From assembly GCA_965200485.1 (NCBI GenBank), contig CBDAUD010000002.1, forward strand, positions 242,743-306,742: DNA of 64,000 nucleotides, read 5' to 3'. The notes beneath the pieces are model-generated. The model saw only the letters and a program-made list of their open reading frames with translations. It did not search any database and was not told the origin of the DNA. This document shows, one piece after another, positions 8,022 through 16,874 of the stretch. Numbering within the stretch: the first letter of the stretch is position 1; every line of letters begins with the position of its first letter. This DNA is from a bacterium (GTDB taxonomy: Bacteria; JAAXHH01). The position numbers and the translations under genes are program-made.

Positions 8022-10739
8022 TTACTCCGTCACCGCAGCGCCCGCGTGGGCCGGACCGCGGAATATCGCATTCAGAAACAGGATATTCAAACCATCCATG
8101 TAGGCCCTGAAGTTCGGATCGGCCGTAAATCCGATGGCCATGCCGCGGCCGTTTCGTTCCGCCATGAGCAGCGGCTTGTAGGCCAGCTGCCTCGTGCTGC
8201 CTTCCCAGGCGAATCCGCTAGCCAGCACTTCGTCCGGGCCGAGGAAGTTCGCCACGTTGCTGCCTTCGTTCAGCTTGAGTGGCGCGAAGATCGAACTGCC
8301 GCTGACCAGCGCATGCACGGTCTTGTCTCGTCCGGCCGCGAGCCAGTGATCCGGGTCGAGTTCGGCCCTGAGCAGTACGCCCTGGGCGGAAGGCGGTGCG
8401 GAACCATCGGACTTCAAGGCCTGCCGGTACGCCTCCTCCGTTTCGAAAATGCGTCCGGAAGCGTTTCCTTCGCCCGAATCCGCACCCTCTGCCTTGCGCT
8501 TTTCTCCGGCCGCGTCTTCCCGCGCCGTCGAGAGCAGGCCGGTAGCCTCCTCCGCCAGGTAAGCCGTGGCGCCGCTGCCCAGCGCGACCACCGTACCGCC
8601 TGCGCGTACCCAGTCCCTGAGTCGCCGGGTTCCTCCTTTGCCGAGCACATCGCCGTAGGATGGGCCGAACCCGGGGTCCGGCAGCAGCAGCACGTCGAAG
8701 TCTCTCAGATCCGCGGTTGCGAGCTGGCGTGTACGAACAGGCGTAACCGGGTACCCGATCTGGCGTTCAACGACGAAACGGGTGGCGCCGGCATTGTATG
8801 CGCGCGTCGGGCGGTCCCACGCGAGGGCGATGCGGGGTTTGCGCATGTAGACGACGTTGTTGCTGCCGAAATTGGGCCCCTCGTCGACCCAGCCCGTATC
8901 CGTCGCGATGACCTCCGCCCCCGAGGACGCGGCGATCTCCGCCAGCGTCTCGTGCAGGTGGTCCGGGTTTTCCTTGACTTTGAAGATCAGCGTGCCGGAC
9001 GGATAGCTCCGGTCGCCCTGCACGAAGGGCAGGTCGGTGCTGAACACCCGAAGTCCGGTCCGGTGCGAAGCCGCCAGCAATCGTCCGGCGGCCTGAGTGC
9101 CCCACGGAACGAGGTAGGCCACCTCCGGACGGCCTCCTTCGACCGATCCTGTGGGGATCATGACGGGATCGATCAGGGCGACATCGCCCCGCACCGCCTG
9201 GTCCGCGGCCACGGCGTCGACATTGTACATCAGAGGCAGCGACCATGCCGTCACGTCGTAGATCTGATCGTTCATGCCCTTGCTCCGACGGCGCTCCTGC
9301 TCCTGGATGAAGTCCGCTTCCATGGCGACGTGCGGGTCGATGAGCGTACGTATGAGGCGCTTCGACGGCTGTGCGAGATCAATCACGTAGCTGCCCGCGG
9401 GATACGTTTCGCCGCCCGCCCGGAAGTCCGACCCGGCCTGTTGCACTTCCACGCCGTGGTAGGCCATGATCGCGGCCAGTTTGTCTATGCCCGATGTGTT
9501 GGCATCGGGTCGGCGCGGCAGAATGTAGGCCCGGATCTCTTCCCGCTGTCCTTCTTGAATCGCCGAAGCGCGGTAGGCGTAGAAGTCCGCCAGGAGTTTC
9601 TCCCGATTGACGGCGGCCGCTTCGGCTGTGGAAATGGAGGCGACAAAGTGATGCCGGACCGTGTCCCGGAAATGCATGACCGTGCTATCGCTTCTCCGGA
9701 CGACAAGTCCCCGCGCGGACGCCTGTTCGTAGGTCATGGCCACGCTGCCGTAGTAGGACGGCCAACTGGCGCCGTAGCCGGGATAGAATGCGTCGAAAAT
9801 CTCCCGTGTGAAGTAGGAGAACCCGTAGTGGTCGAACCACTTCGCGTTGTTCTTGCCGAACAGCTGCAGACTTTCCCGCTGGTCTCGGGCGAGGTGGGGG
9901 TTGTAGGGCACCGCTTCGGGCGCAAAGTAGTAGGTGGCATTGGAACCCATCTCGTGGAGATCGACGAAAACCGGGGGATAGTAGTCCTGCAGAACCTGCA
10001 CCCGGCCGAGCGTCTCGGGCTGGGTCAGCGAGATCCAGTCCCGGTTCAGGTCGAAGTGGTAGTGGTTGGTTCGCCCTCCCGGCCACGGTTCGTTGTGCTC
10101 GGCAGCCAGCGGACTGGCGTTCGGCTCCATGCCTTCGGCAATCTGGTAGTTGTGGACGAAGCGATCCCGTCCGTCCGGATTCTGTACCGGATCGATCATC
10201 ACGATCGTCTCCGCCAGGATCCGGTCCACAACCGGGTCGTTGCGGGCGGCCAGCAGGTGGTAGGCTGTGAGGAGCGCGGCGTCCGAGGGCGAGATCTCGT
10301 TTCCGTGCACGCTGTAGCTCAGGTTGACGATCACCGGCAGCGTCGCGATCAGGCTGTCGGCGCTTGTCCCGGGCGTCACCCTGGGGTCGGCCAACCGTTT
10401 CATGCCGTCGCTGACCTCGGCAAGCCGGCCGATGCGTTCCGCCGATCCCACGAAGGCGTATACGAGCTTGCGCCCCTCCCAGGACCGGGCGTATTCCAGC
10501 AGGTGCACCTGGTCGGGCACCGCCGCTTCGAGCGCTTCCAGGTAATTCAAAAGCCCTGCATGGGCGGTGATGCGATCACCTATCCGATACCCCAGAATCT
10601 CCTCCGCCGTGGGAATCGAAGGGTCGTATTCGGTCCCCGGCCAGTAGGCGAAGTCCTGCGCCTTCGACGGCCCTGCGACGATGGCCGCGATGAGCAGCAG
10701 GCAAAGGGTTGTTGGCAGAACGCATGGCCGATTCATCAA
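8022..10739 (-). CDS. Secreted M14-family zinc carboxypeptidase (large, multi-domain)
   Basis: 905-aa ORF with an N-terminal signal peptide (LCLLLIAAIVAGPSKAQD). Zinc-binding HxxE motif (SVHGNEISP) and downstream NPDGR motif typical of M14 carboxypeptidases. Long C-terminal extension. Confidence 0.8.
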   Translation of the reverse strand: MMNRPCVLPTTLCLLLIAAIVAGPSKAQDFAYWPGTEYDPSIPTAEEILGYRIGDRITAHAGLLNYLEALEAAVPDQVHLLEYARSWEGRKLVYAFVGSAERIGRLAEVSDGMKRLADPRVTPGTSADSLIATLPVIVNLSYSVHGNEISPSDAALLTAYHLLAARNDPVVDRILAETIVMIDPVQNPDGRDRFVHNYQIAEGMEPNASPLAAEHNEPWPGGRTNHYHFDLNRDWISLTQPETLGRVQVLQDYYPPVFVDLHEMGSNATYYFAPEAVPYNPHLARDQRESLQLFGKNNAKWFDHYGFSYFTREIFDAFYPGYGASWPSYYGSVAMTYEQASARGLVVRRSDSTVMHFRDTVRHHFVASISTAEAAAVNREKLLADFYAYRASAIQEGQREEIRAYILPRRPDANTSGIDKLAAIMAYHGVEVQQAGSDFRAGGETYPAGSYVIDLAQPSKRLIRTLIDPHVAMEADFIQEQERRRSKGMNDQIYDVTAWSLPLMYNVDAVAADQAVRGDVALIDPVMIPTGSVEGGRPEVAYLVPWGTQAAGRLLAASHRTGLRVFSTDLPFVQGDRSYPSGTLIFKVKENPDHLHETLAEIAASSGAEVIATDTGWVDEGPNFGSNNVVYMRKPRIALAWDRPTRAYNAGATRFVVERQIGYPVTPVRTRQLATADLRDFDVLLLPDPGFGPSYGDVLGKGGTRRLRDWVRAGGTVVALGSGATAYLAEEATGLLSTAREDAAGEKRKAEGADSGEGNASGRIFETEEAYRQALKSDGSAPPSAQGVLLRAELDPDHWLAAGRDKTVHALVSGSSIFAPLKLNEGSNVANFLGPDEVLASGFAWEGSTRQLAYKPLLMAERNGRGMAIGFTADPNFRAYMDGLNILFLNAIFRGPAHAGAAVTE

Positions 10740-10748
10740 GGTACCTCC

Positions 10749-11576
10749 TCACACCGGATCGGGGCGGTTTGTACGGGTCGGATCGCTGGGGTAGATCAGC
10801 GGGTTCTGGGCTTCGTCCTTCAGCAGGTCGCCGATCTGGATGGTTTTCGTAATACGGTCCGGGAGTACATTGGGTATGCCGTTGAACCGGCTTTCGTCGG
10901 GCATATAGGCACAGGTGAACGCCCGGCGCGGACGGGGCGTCATGTTGGGGTTGGCGGCACGCACCATCAGGCCATTGTGAAAGGAACATCCCCCCGCCGG
11001 CATGACGACGGGCACGGGGTCCATCCTGCCGAGCGCGGGGTAGGTCTCGAACATGGCGCCCACGTGGTTTCCTGCCGCGGGATGGTCGTCAAGTCGGGCC
11101 TTGTGCGAACCGGGAAGAAAGAACATGCACCCGTTCTGGAGGGTCACTTCGTCCAATGCGACCCAGATGGTGATGGCGTGCGTCGACGCGAAAGACCACT
11201 TGGTATTGTCCTGATGCCAGGTGGTGGGATTTGCCCAGGGCATCTTGATCAGCGCCTGATCGTGCCAGATTCGGATCCCATCGACCCCTTCCAGGTCTGC
11301 CGCCATCTTGCCCAGCCGGCTATCCAGCATCAAGGCGCGAACCCCGTCATGGTCCATCCAGAGGTTGACCCGCTGCCGGAACACGACTTCGGCATCCGCC
11401 TTTCTGCCAATACGATAGGACCCCTCGGGCATTCTGTAGTCGTCCCGAAGCGCGACCGCCTCGTCCACCGCCGACCGCCAGGTATCGAGTTCGGTCCCGC
11501 TAAGGAAATCCGGAATGACGAGGAAGCCGTTCTCCCGATAGGCGGCGATCTGCGCGTTCGTCAGTTCATTGTTCAT
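10749..11576 (-). CDS. Phytanoyl-CoA dioxygenase (PhyH) family Fe(II)/2-oxoglutarate-dependent oxygenase
   Basis: 275-aa ORF. PhyH signature region WHQD (HxD iron ligands) and distal His (GGCSFHNG). Confidence 0.8.
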   Translation of the reverse strand: MNNELTNAQIAAYRENGFLVIPDFLSGTELDTWRSAVDEAVALRDDYRMPEGSYRIGRKADAEVVFRQRVNLWMDHDGVRALMLDSRLGKMAADLEGVDGIRIWHDQALIKMPWANPTTWHQDNTKWSFASTHAITIWVALDEVTLQNGCMFFLPGSHKARLDDHPAAGNHVGAMFETYPALGRMDPVPVVMPAGGCSFHNGLMVRAANPNMTPRPRRAFTCAYMPDESRFNGIPNVLPDRITKTIQIGDLLKDEAQNPLIYPSDPTRTNRPDPV

Positions 11577-11608
11577 TTCATTGCGCTTCCTTCATGCAAA
11601 TGGGTTTC

Positions 11609-12457
11609 TCATGCGGACCAGACCAGTGGGAACATTTCGCAGGCCATGGGATCTCCCGGAACCAGGCCGCCCGTCTCCGTTGGAGAGATTTCCCACGGCC
11701 GGTTGGTGAAACGGGCATCGTCTCCGAGCCAGCGGGTGACCAGGACGCGGCGTGCCTCGGAGAGCGACTGGTTGCCCGCCGCCCCGTGAAGCGAACGCAT
11801 GTGAAAGGCGACGACGTCGCCCGGTTGCAGGTCCCATGCCAGTATCTCGTAGTCTTCCCGGTGTTCGTCGATGGGCGGTACATCCTCGAAGAGCATGCCG
11901 CCCGGCATGGGTGCGCCCGCGGCGTCCTCAACCGCATAGTTGCGCTCCGTGGCGAACTTGCGGGGGACGAACCAGCGGCTCCAGTTGTGCGATCCCCGGA
12001 CGAATTGAACGCAGGACGCCTTGGTCACAGCATCCAGCGGCATCCACAGCGACACGTTCTGGCGTCCGTCTACCGGGTAGTAGGGCTGGTCGTGGTGCCA
12101 GGGCGTCCGTTTCAGGGTCCCCGGCCACTTGATCAGCAAGTGCTCGTGATAGAATACCGAACTGCCGGAATCCATGAGCCGCGCCGTCATGGCGCCCGCT
12201 GGCGACTGGTGCACGAAGTCGCGGTATTCGGGGATGCGCTGCCAGTTGCAGTAGTCGTCGAAGAAACCTCCCGGATCGTCCCCGCCCGCTTTCAGCGTAC
12301 CCGCATAGCCGCTGGGTTCGGCGAGGTTGCGGGACACGCCGGCTTGCACGACCGACACCCAGTGCGGAGAGAAGGCTTGCCGAATGCATACCGCGCCGTC
12401 TTCCCGGTAACGCCGGACCAGTTCGTCGGTGAGCACTTCATCCAGTTCCTTTTCCAC
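11609..12457 (-). CDS. Phytanoyl-CoA dioxygenase (PhyH) family Fe(II)/2-oxoglutarate-dependent oxygenase (paralog)
   Basis: 282-aa ORF. WHHDQPYYP (HxD) and distal H (FHMRSLHGA). Tandem with the preceding PhyH gene. Confidence 0.8.
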   Translation of the reverse strand: MEKELDEVLTDELVRRYREDGAVCIRQAFSPHWVSVVQAGVSRNLAEPSGYAGTLKAGGDDPGGFFDDYCNWQRIPEYRDFVHQSPAGAMTARLMDSGSSVFYHEHLLIKWPGTLKRTPWHHDQPYYPVDGRQNVSLWMPLDAVTKASCVQFVRGSHNWSRWFVPRKFATERNYAVEDAAGAPMPGGMLFEDVPPIDEHREDYEILAWDLQPGDVVAFHMRSLHGAAGNQSLSEARRVLVTRWLGDDARFTNRPWEISPTETGGLVPGDPMACEMFPLVWSA

Positions 12458-12486
12458 GTGTCGAGGACTCCTTGCCCGTGTCGGGT

Positions 12487-14223
12487 TCAGTGCCGACCGA
12501 TGTACAGGTTCGTATGCATGATTCCGATCCAGGAGAACATCGCGTATCCGTATTTGTTGGTTTCGAGTCCCTTCAGGTACGGTTTGCGCAGTTCGACCGT
12601 CATGTTGTGATACAGAAACACACCCCCGGCGTCTTCCGCCAGGATCCGTTCCGCCTCCCGGTACATGTGCATGCGCTTGTCCACGCTCATTTCGTTCGCA
12701 GCCGCGTCGATCAGCCGGTCGAAGTCATCGTTGCGCCAGTCCTGCCTCCCGAATCCTCTCGGTTGCGACCGCCAGACCATGCCGAGCAGGTTGTTCGGGT
12801 CGGGATAGTCCGCGTTGAATCCGCCCAGGCCCATGGGAATGTTCCATTTGTACATGTTGTCCCGGTAAACCTTGTCTTCCGATCCCCGGATGCGAAGTCG
12901 CAGACCCAGGGTGTTTCCGAGCATCGCCTGCAGGGTCTGGGCGGTGTAGCTGATCTGGGGATTGGCCTTGCCGATCCAGAAATCGACGACCGGAAATCCC
13001 CTGCCGCCCGGATATCCCGCTTCGGCCAACAGTTTTCTCGCCCGGTCGGGATCGTATGCCTGGACAGACTGAATGGAGGCATCCGCACTGCCCGGAAACG
13101 CCGGCGGCAGCATCGAATAGGCCGGTACGGCGGTATTGCGCAGCACGACCTTGCACAAGGCCTCGCGGTCGATGGCGTGGCTGATCGCACGGCGCACCCT
13201 TGCGTCGTCGAAGGGCGGTTCCCGGGTTTTGAAGAAGAGGTACCAGGTTTCCGGAAAAGCGTAGTACGCGAGTTCCGACTTGAGGGTGGGATGGTTCTCG
13301 ATGAAGGGCAGATCGGTCAGGAGCACCCGGAGAAAGTCGATTTCGTCGTTCTCATACGGCGGGGTGCCCGGATGCCCCGTGGTGAAGATCTGGACGATCT
13401 TTTCGAGATAGCCCTTGTGGGGACCGGTATAGTAGGGATTGAGGGACAGCGTGGCCTGTCTTCCCTTCTGCCATTCCGTGAGCGTGTAGCTCGCGCTGGA
13501 TACCAGGTTGCCGGCTTCGCTCCAGCGCTGCCCGTATTTCTCCACCTGCCACCGGGGTACCGGTCCCGATCCGGTAAAAGCGACGATGAAGGGCAGATAA
13601 GGGCAGGTTTGCTCGGTTTCGATCTCCAGGGTGAAGTCGTCCAATGCGCGGACGCCCACGGTCGATCGGTCGGACGTACTGCCCTGGTTGAACGCACGGG
13701 CGCCTTTTATCTCATAGTAGAAGAAGGCGTAGGGACTCGCCTCGGCGGGATCGAGGAACCGCTTGTAGGTGTATTCGAAGTCATGCGCCGTTACCCGCCG
13801 CCCGTCGCTCCATCTTCCGTCGGGGCGGAGCTTGAACGTCCAGCGCAGTCCGTCCGCCGACTGATTCCATGAAGAAGCCGCCGCGCCGACCAGCTCCAGG
13901 TTCTTGTCGAGCATGACCAGGCGCTCGAAGAGCGTAAGCGCTCCCTGGGCTTCGTAGACGTTTGTGCTGACGTCGAAGGTCAGGGGTTCGACGAGCGAGT
14001 AGCGGAACACCTGACGGTCCAGCGGCGCCGCGTCCGCCGGCATGGTTTTTCCGATGGAGTTGACCGCGCTTGTACGAGCACCGGAATGCCCGAAGATCAG
14101 ACAGCAGCCGAGCAGGAACGTCGTGACCGAGATGATACGGCCCCGCGCGGACAGCGCAGCAAGACGCAAGCGCCTCAATAAAAGCAAGCAACCCATTCGA
14201 ACCGGCAGGGTCCAATTCTTCAT
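12487..14223 (-). CDS. ABC transporter substrate-binding protein, family 5 (peptide/nickel/opine type)
   Basis: 578-aa ORF. Signal/lipoprotein-like N-terminus (TTFLLGCCLIFG). SBP_bac_5 hallmarks (RWSDGRRVTAHDFEYTY; LNPYYTGP; late C-terminal ...NKYGYA...). No cognate permease or ATPase genes adjacent. Confidence 0.85.
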   Translation of the reverse strand: MKNWTLPVRMGCLLLLRRLRLAALSARGRIISVTTFLLGCCLIFGHSGARTSAVNSIGKTMPADAAPLDRQVFRYSLVEPLTFDVSTNVYEAQGALTLFERLVMLDKNLELVGAAASSWNQSADGLRWTFKLRPDGRWSDGRRVTAHDFEYTYKRFLDPAEASPYAFFYYEIKGARAFNQGSTSDRSTVGVRALDDFTLEIETEQTCPYLPFIVAFTGSGPVPRWQVEKYGQRWSEAGNLVSSASYTLTEWQKGRQATLSLNPYYTGPHKGYLEKIVQIFTTGHPGTPPYENDEIDFLRVLLTDLPFIENHPTLKSELAYYAFPETWYLFFKTREPPFDDARVRRAISHAIDREALCKVVLRNTAVPAYSMLPPAFPGSADASIQSVQAYDPDRARKLLAEAGYPGGRGFPVVDFWIGKANPQISYTAQTLQAMLGNTLGLRLRIRGSEDKVYRDNMYKWNIPMGLGGFNADYPDPNNLLGMVWRSQPRGFGRQDWRNDDFDRLIDAAANEMSVDKRMHMYREAERILAEDAGGVFLYHNMTVELRKPYLKGLETNKYGYAMFSWIGIMHTNLYIGRH

Positions 14224-14285
14224 CGCATTATCCGTATCCGTTTATGTTCATGGTTTCAAGTTCACGGCCGGTCCGTTGTGGACCC

Positions 14286-14339
14286 GGTACCATAGCCCGA
14301 GGAACGCTGCGCGGTACCGTAGCCCGCGGAATGCTGCAC
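14286..14339. repeat. Two adjacent imperfect 27-bp direct repeats upstream of the SBP_5 gene
   Basis: ggtaccatagcccgaggaacgctgcgc at 14286-14312 and ggtaccgtagcccgcggaatgctgcac at 14313-14339 (22/27 identical). Lies 60-115 bp upstream of the minus-strand start at 14223. Confidence 0.75.
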
Positions 14340-14393
14340 AATGTTAAAGACTATACAATACGGTGTATGGCGTGTCAACAACGGGGTACGGGT

Positions 14394-14424
14394 GCGCTGA
14401 CGCGTTCAGGAAGCGCGTCAGCGC
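14394..14424. promoter_or_regulatory. Perfect 11-bp-arm palindrome/hairpin (gcgctgacgcg-ttcaggaag-cgcgtcagcgc) between bioY 3' end and SBP_5 promoter region
   Basis: Arms at 14394-14404 and 14414-14424 are exact reverse complements with a 9-nt loop. No U-tract on either strand, so operator or Rho-independent-like structure rather than a canonical terminator. Confidence 0.5.
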
Positions 14425-14491
14425 CGGAAGACGGAGGCGCCCGGAAGGATCTCGTCAGCGGCGCAGTGCGAAGGTCCACCGTCAGGCCGGC

Positions 14492-15043
14492 CTATGCGGA
14501 TTCCAGCTGCAGGTATTTCGACAGCGTGCGGGTGACCGACGCTGCGAGCGCGAGTTTGACCAGGTCGAATGGAATGAAGGGGAGCAGACCGAGCGCCAGC
14601 GCGGCGGACCAGGAGGTCTCCACACCGGCGTACAGGTTGAAGTAGGCGTACAGGTACACCAGACCGCATCCCCAGATGGCAAGCTGGCCGATCAGCAGTC
14701 CGAAGGCGAGATGCGGGATGCGGCTGCGCGTGAAATGCTCCAGGTATTTTCCGGTCAGGAAAGCGGCCAATACGAATCCGGCGACGTAGCCGAAGGTGGG
14801 CGACAGCACGGCGCCCGGCCCCCCCGTGCCGCCGGCGAATACGGGCATGCCCGCCAGTCCGAGGCAGACGTAGACGATCTGGCTTCCGGGGCCCCACCGG
14901 CTTCCCAGCAGGGCCCCGGAAAGCAGCGCGAAGCAGGTCTGCATCGTGATCGGGACGGGTCCGATGGGCAGCGCCACGTAGGCGCTTACCGCGGTAAGCG
15001 CCGCCATCAGGGAAGCCGTGGCCAGTCGCAGATTTCTGGACAA
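14492..15043 (-). CDS. bioY: Biotin transporter BioY (ECF transporter S component)
   Basis: 183-aa, about 5-TM protein. Sequence pattern (LTAVSAYVALPIGPVPITMQT..., GPGAVLSPTFGYVAGF) is characteristic of the BioY family. Confidence 0.85.
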   Translation of the reverse strand: MSRNLRLATASLMAALTAVSAYVALPIGPVPITMQTCFALLSGALLGSRWGPGSQIVYVCLGLAGMPVFAGGTGGPGAVLSPTFGYVAGFVLAAFLTGKYLEHFTRSRIPHLAFGLLIGQLAIWGCGLVYLYAYFNLYAGVETSWSAALALGLLPFIPFDLVKLALAASVTRTLSKYLQLESA

Positions 15044-15064
15044 GATACCCTATCCTGGAGCTCG

Positions 15065-15092
15065 TCGTTCGCCTGTTGTCGTTCGCCTGTTG
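15065..15092. repeat. 14-bp tandem direct repeat x2 (tcgttcgcctgttg) in the divergent bioY / sugar-isomerase intergenic region
   Basis: Identical copies at 15065-15078 and 15079-15092, followed by a degenerate ccgtttgcc. Confidence 0.7.
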
Positions 15093-15216
15093 CCGTTTGC
15101 CCGCATCTCGCACCCGGGCGTCAGCGGTCCGTTTGCCTTGTCACCGCATGCCGTTTCATATACATTGGCGGGCGTTTGTGTCAACCACGTTTTTCTAAAA
15201 GAAAGGGAGGGTCGCG

Positions 15217-16083
15217 ATGAGAGTGGGTATACGCGCTACGGGCCGTTTGAATGCCATGCCCTTCGAATCGGTGTGCGCATGGATGGCCGAAAAGGGGTTC
15301 GATACGATCGATGTATCCGGGATCGACGGCGAAATGGTCCGGACCGCCGAAGCGCACGGCGTGGCCATCGGCCAGGTGGACGTCGTCGCCGGCACGGACC
15401 TGCTGAGCGATGACGCCAGTCAGCGGGCGCAGGCGCTCGGTGCCTCCAGAGACTCCATTCAGCGCGCGGTCGACCATGGCGTCACCAATCTGTTCTATGT
15501 GGCCCCGGCACCCGCGGATCCGGCCCAGGGCCGCGAGGCCACCTTCCGGCAGTGGGCGCGCACGATGCCCGATATCGTGGACTTCGCCGAATCCAGAGGC
15601 GCGACCATCGCCCTGGAGGGCTGGCCGGGGGGATCCACCCACCACGAGCGGATCGGCGCCACCCCCGAGATGCTTCGGGCCATGTTCGAGACCTGCCCGT
15701 CGCCCGCCTTCGGCATCAACTACGATCCTTCGCACCTGATCAGGCTGGGTGTCGACCCGCTGCGTTTCCTGAAGGAGTTCGGCCACCGGGCCCACCACGT
15801 GCACGCCAAGGACACCGTGTTCGACGACGAAGCGCTTTATCTGTACGGAAGAATCAAGCCCACCTTCGACTCCCGGGTTGCCTTCGGCGAAGGCTACTGG
15901 CGGTATTGCATACCCGGCGAGGGTCTGGCCGACTGGGCCCTCATCGTGAAGCGGCTCGAGGATTTCGGTTACGACGGCGTGCTCAGCATCGAGCACGAGG
16001 ACGGGCGATACTGCGAATCCTGGGAGCTGGAAGAAGCGGGTTTCGTCCGGGCGCGCGCCCACCTGAAACAGTACATGCTGTAG
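15217..16083 (+). CDS. Sugar phosphate isomerase/epimerase (xylose isomerase-like TIM barrel)
   Basis: 288-aa ORF preceded by a strong SD (aaagggaggg). Motifs IALEGWPG, HVHAKD and SIEHED are typical of the AP endonuclease 2/xylose-isomerase-like TIM-barrel family. Confidence 0.8.
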   Translation: MRVGIRATGRLNAMPFESVCAWMAEKGFDTIDVSGIDGEMVRTAEAHGVAIGQVDVVAGTDLLSDDASQRAQALGASRDSIQRAVDHGVTNLFYVAPAPADPAQGREATFRQWARTMPDIVDFAESRGATIALEGWPGGSTHHERIGATPEMLRAMFETCPSPAFGINYDPSHLIRLGVDPLRFLKEFGHRAHHVHAKDTVFDDEALYLYGRIKPTFDSRVAFGEGYWRYCIPGEGLADWALIVKRLEDFGYDGVLSIEHEDGRYCESWELEEAGFVRARAHLKQYML

Positions 16084-16175
16084 CGCGCGTGGAAACGTCT
16101 TGAACCGGTACCGCAACGGCAGTGTGCGCGAAACCGGTTGAAGCGCCGGGGTCGCGCGGCCGGATCAGTCGAGAT

Positions 16176-16634
16176 TCAGCCGGACACGTGAGCCAGCACC
16201 TTGTCGACGTGGCCGTCCACCTTCACGTTGCGAAAGACCTTGTCAATCCGGCCGTCCCCGTCGATGACGAAGGTCGAGCGTACGATCCCCATGTACTTGC
16301 GGCCGTAGTTCGTTTTCTCCTTGTAGACGCCGTAGGCCGTGGATACGGCGTTGTCCGGATCGCTCAGCAGCGGGAAGGGCAGGTTGTACTTGGCCGTGAA
16401 TTTCTCGTGGGACGATATGCTGTCGGGACTGACGCCCAGGACCTGGACGTCCAGTTGCTGAAAGCTTGGATGGTGGTCTCTGAAGGCACACGACTCCCGG
16501 GTGCATCCGGGGGTGTCGTCCTTGGGATAGAAGTAAAGCACGACCTTCTGGCCTTTGAAATCCGCGAGGGAGACGCTTCCCCCCTTGTCCGATTCCATCG
16601 TGAAATCGGGTGCTGGATCGCCTGCCTGCAACAT
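16176..16634 (-). CDS. bcp: Thioredoxin-dependent thiol peroxidase (peroxiredoxin Bcp)
   Basis: 152-aa ORF. Peroxidatic Cys motif FYPKDDTPGCTRESCAF (PxxxTxxC plus resolving Cys 5 residues later), typical of Bcp/PrxQ. Confidence 0.9.
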   Translation of the reverse strand: MLQAGDPAPDFTMESDKGGSVSLADFKGQKVVLYFYPKDDTPGCTRESCAFRDHHPSFQQLDVQVLGVSPDSISSHEKFTAKYNLPFPLLSDPDNAVSTAYGVYKEKTNYGRKYMGIVRSTFVIDGDGRIDKVFRNVKVDGHVDKVLAHVSG

Positions 16635-16874
16635 GATGGGTACCTTTCTTTATAAATAGAGGGTTTCAAGAAAGTGAGAATCTGAATATTTGCAATGAAG
16701 GTACGCGGTGAACCCGGAAGAAAGTGTAATCGATTTTAGTAAATGGCCTTCCAGTAGGTGTTCGCGTCCGCAGAATCGGTGTGGTGCTACTGACACCCTC
16801 AAGTCACTATCTTTAGAAAATGTCCAAAGACTGAAACGACACCGCTTCGTGGGCGAACAGGAAGGAGCCGTGGG

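Noticed and set aside
7794-11789. 1331-aa plus-strand ORF spanning 4 kb
   Set aside because: Lies antisense to four well-supported minus-strand genes (Ldh_2, M14 peptidase, two PhyH). Translation is Arg/Gly/Val/Pro-rich low-complexity, typical of stop-codon-poor shadow frames in about 65% GC DNA. No motif.
12472-13872. 466-aa plus-strand ORF
   Set aside because: Antisense to the SBP_5 gene, whose family assignment is strong. Shadow ORF.
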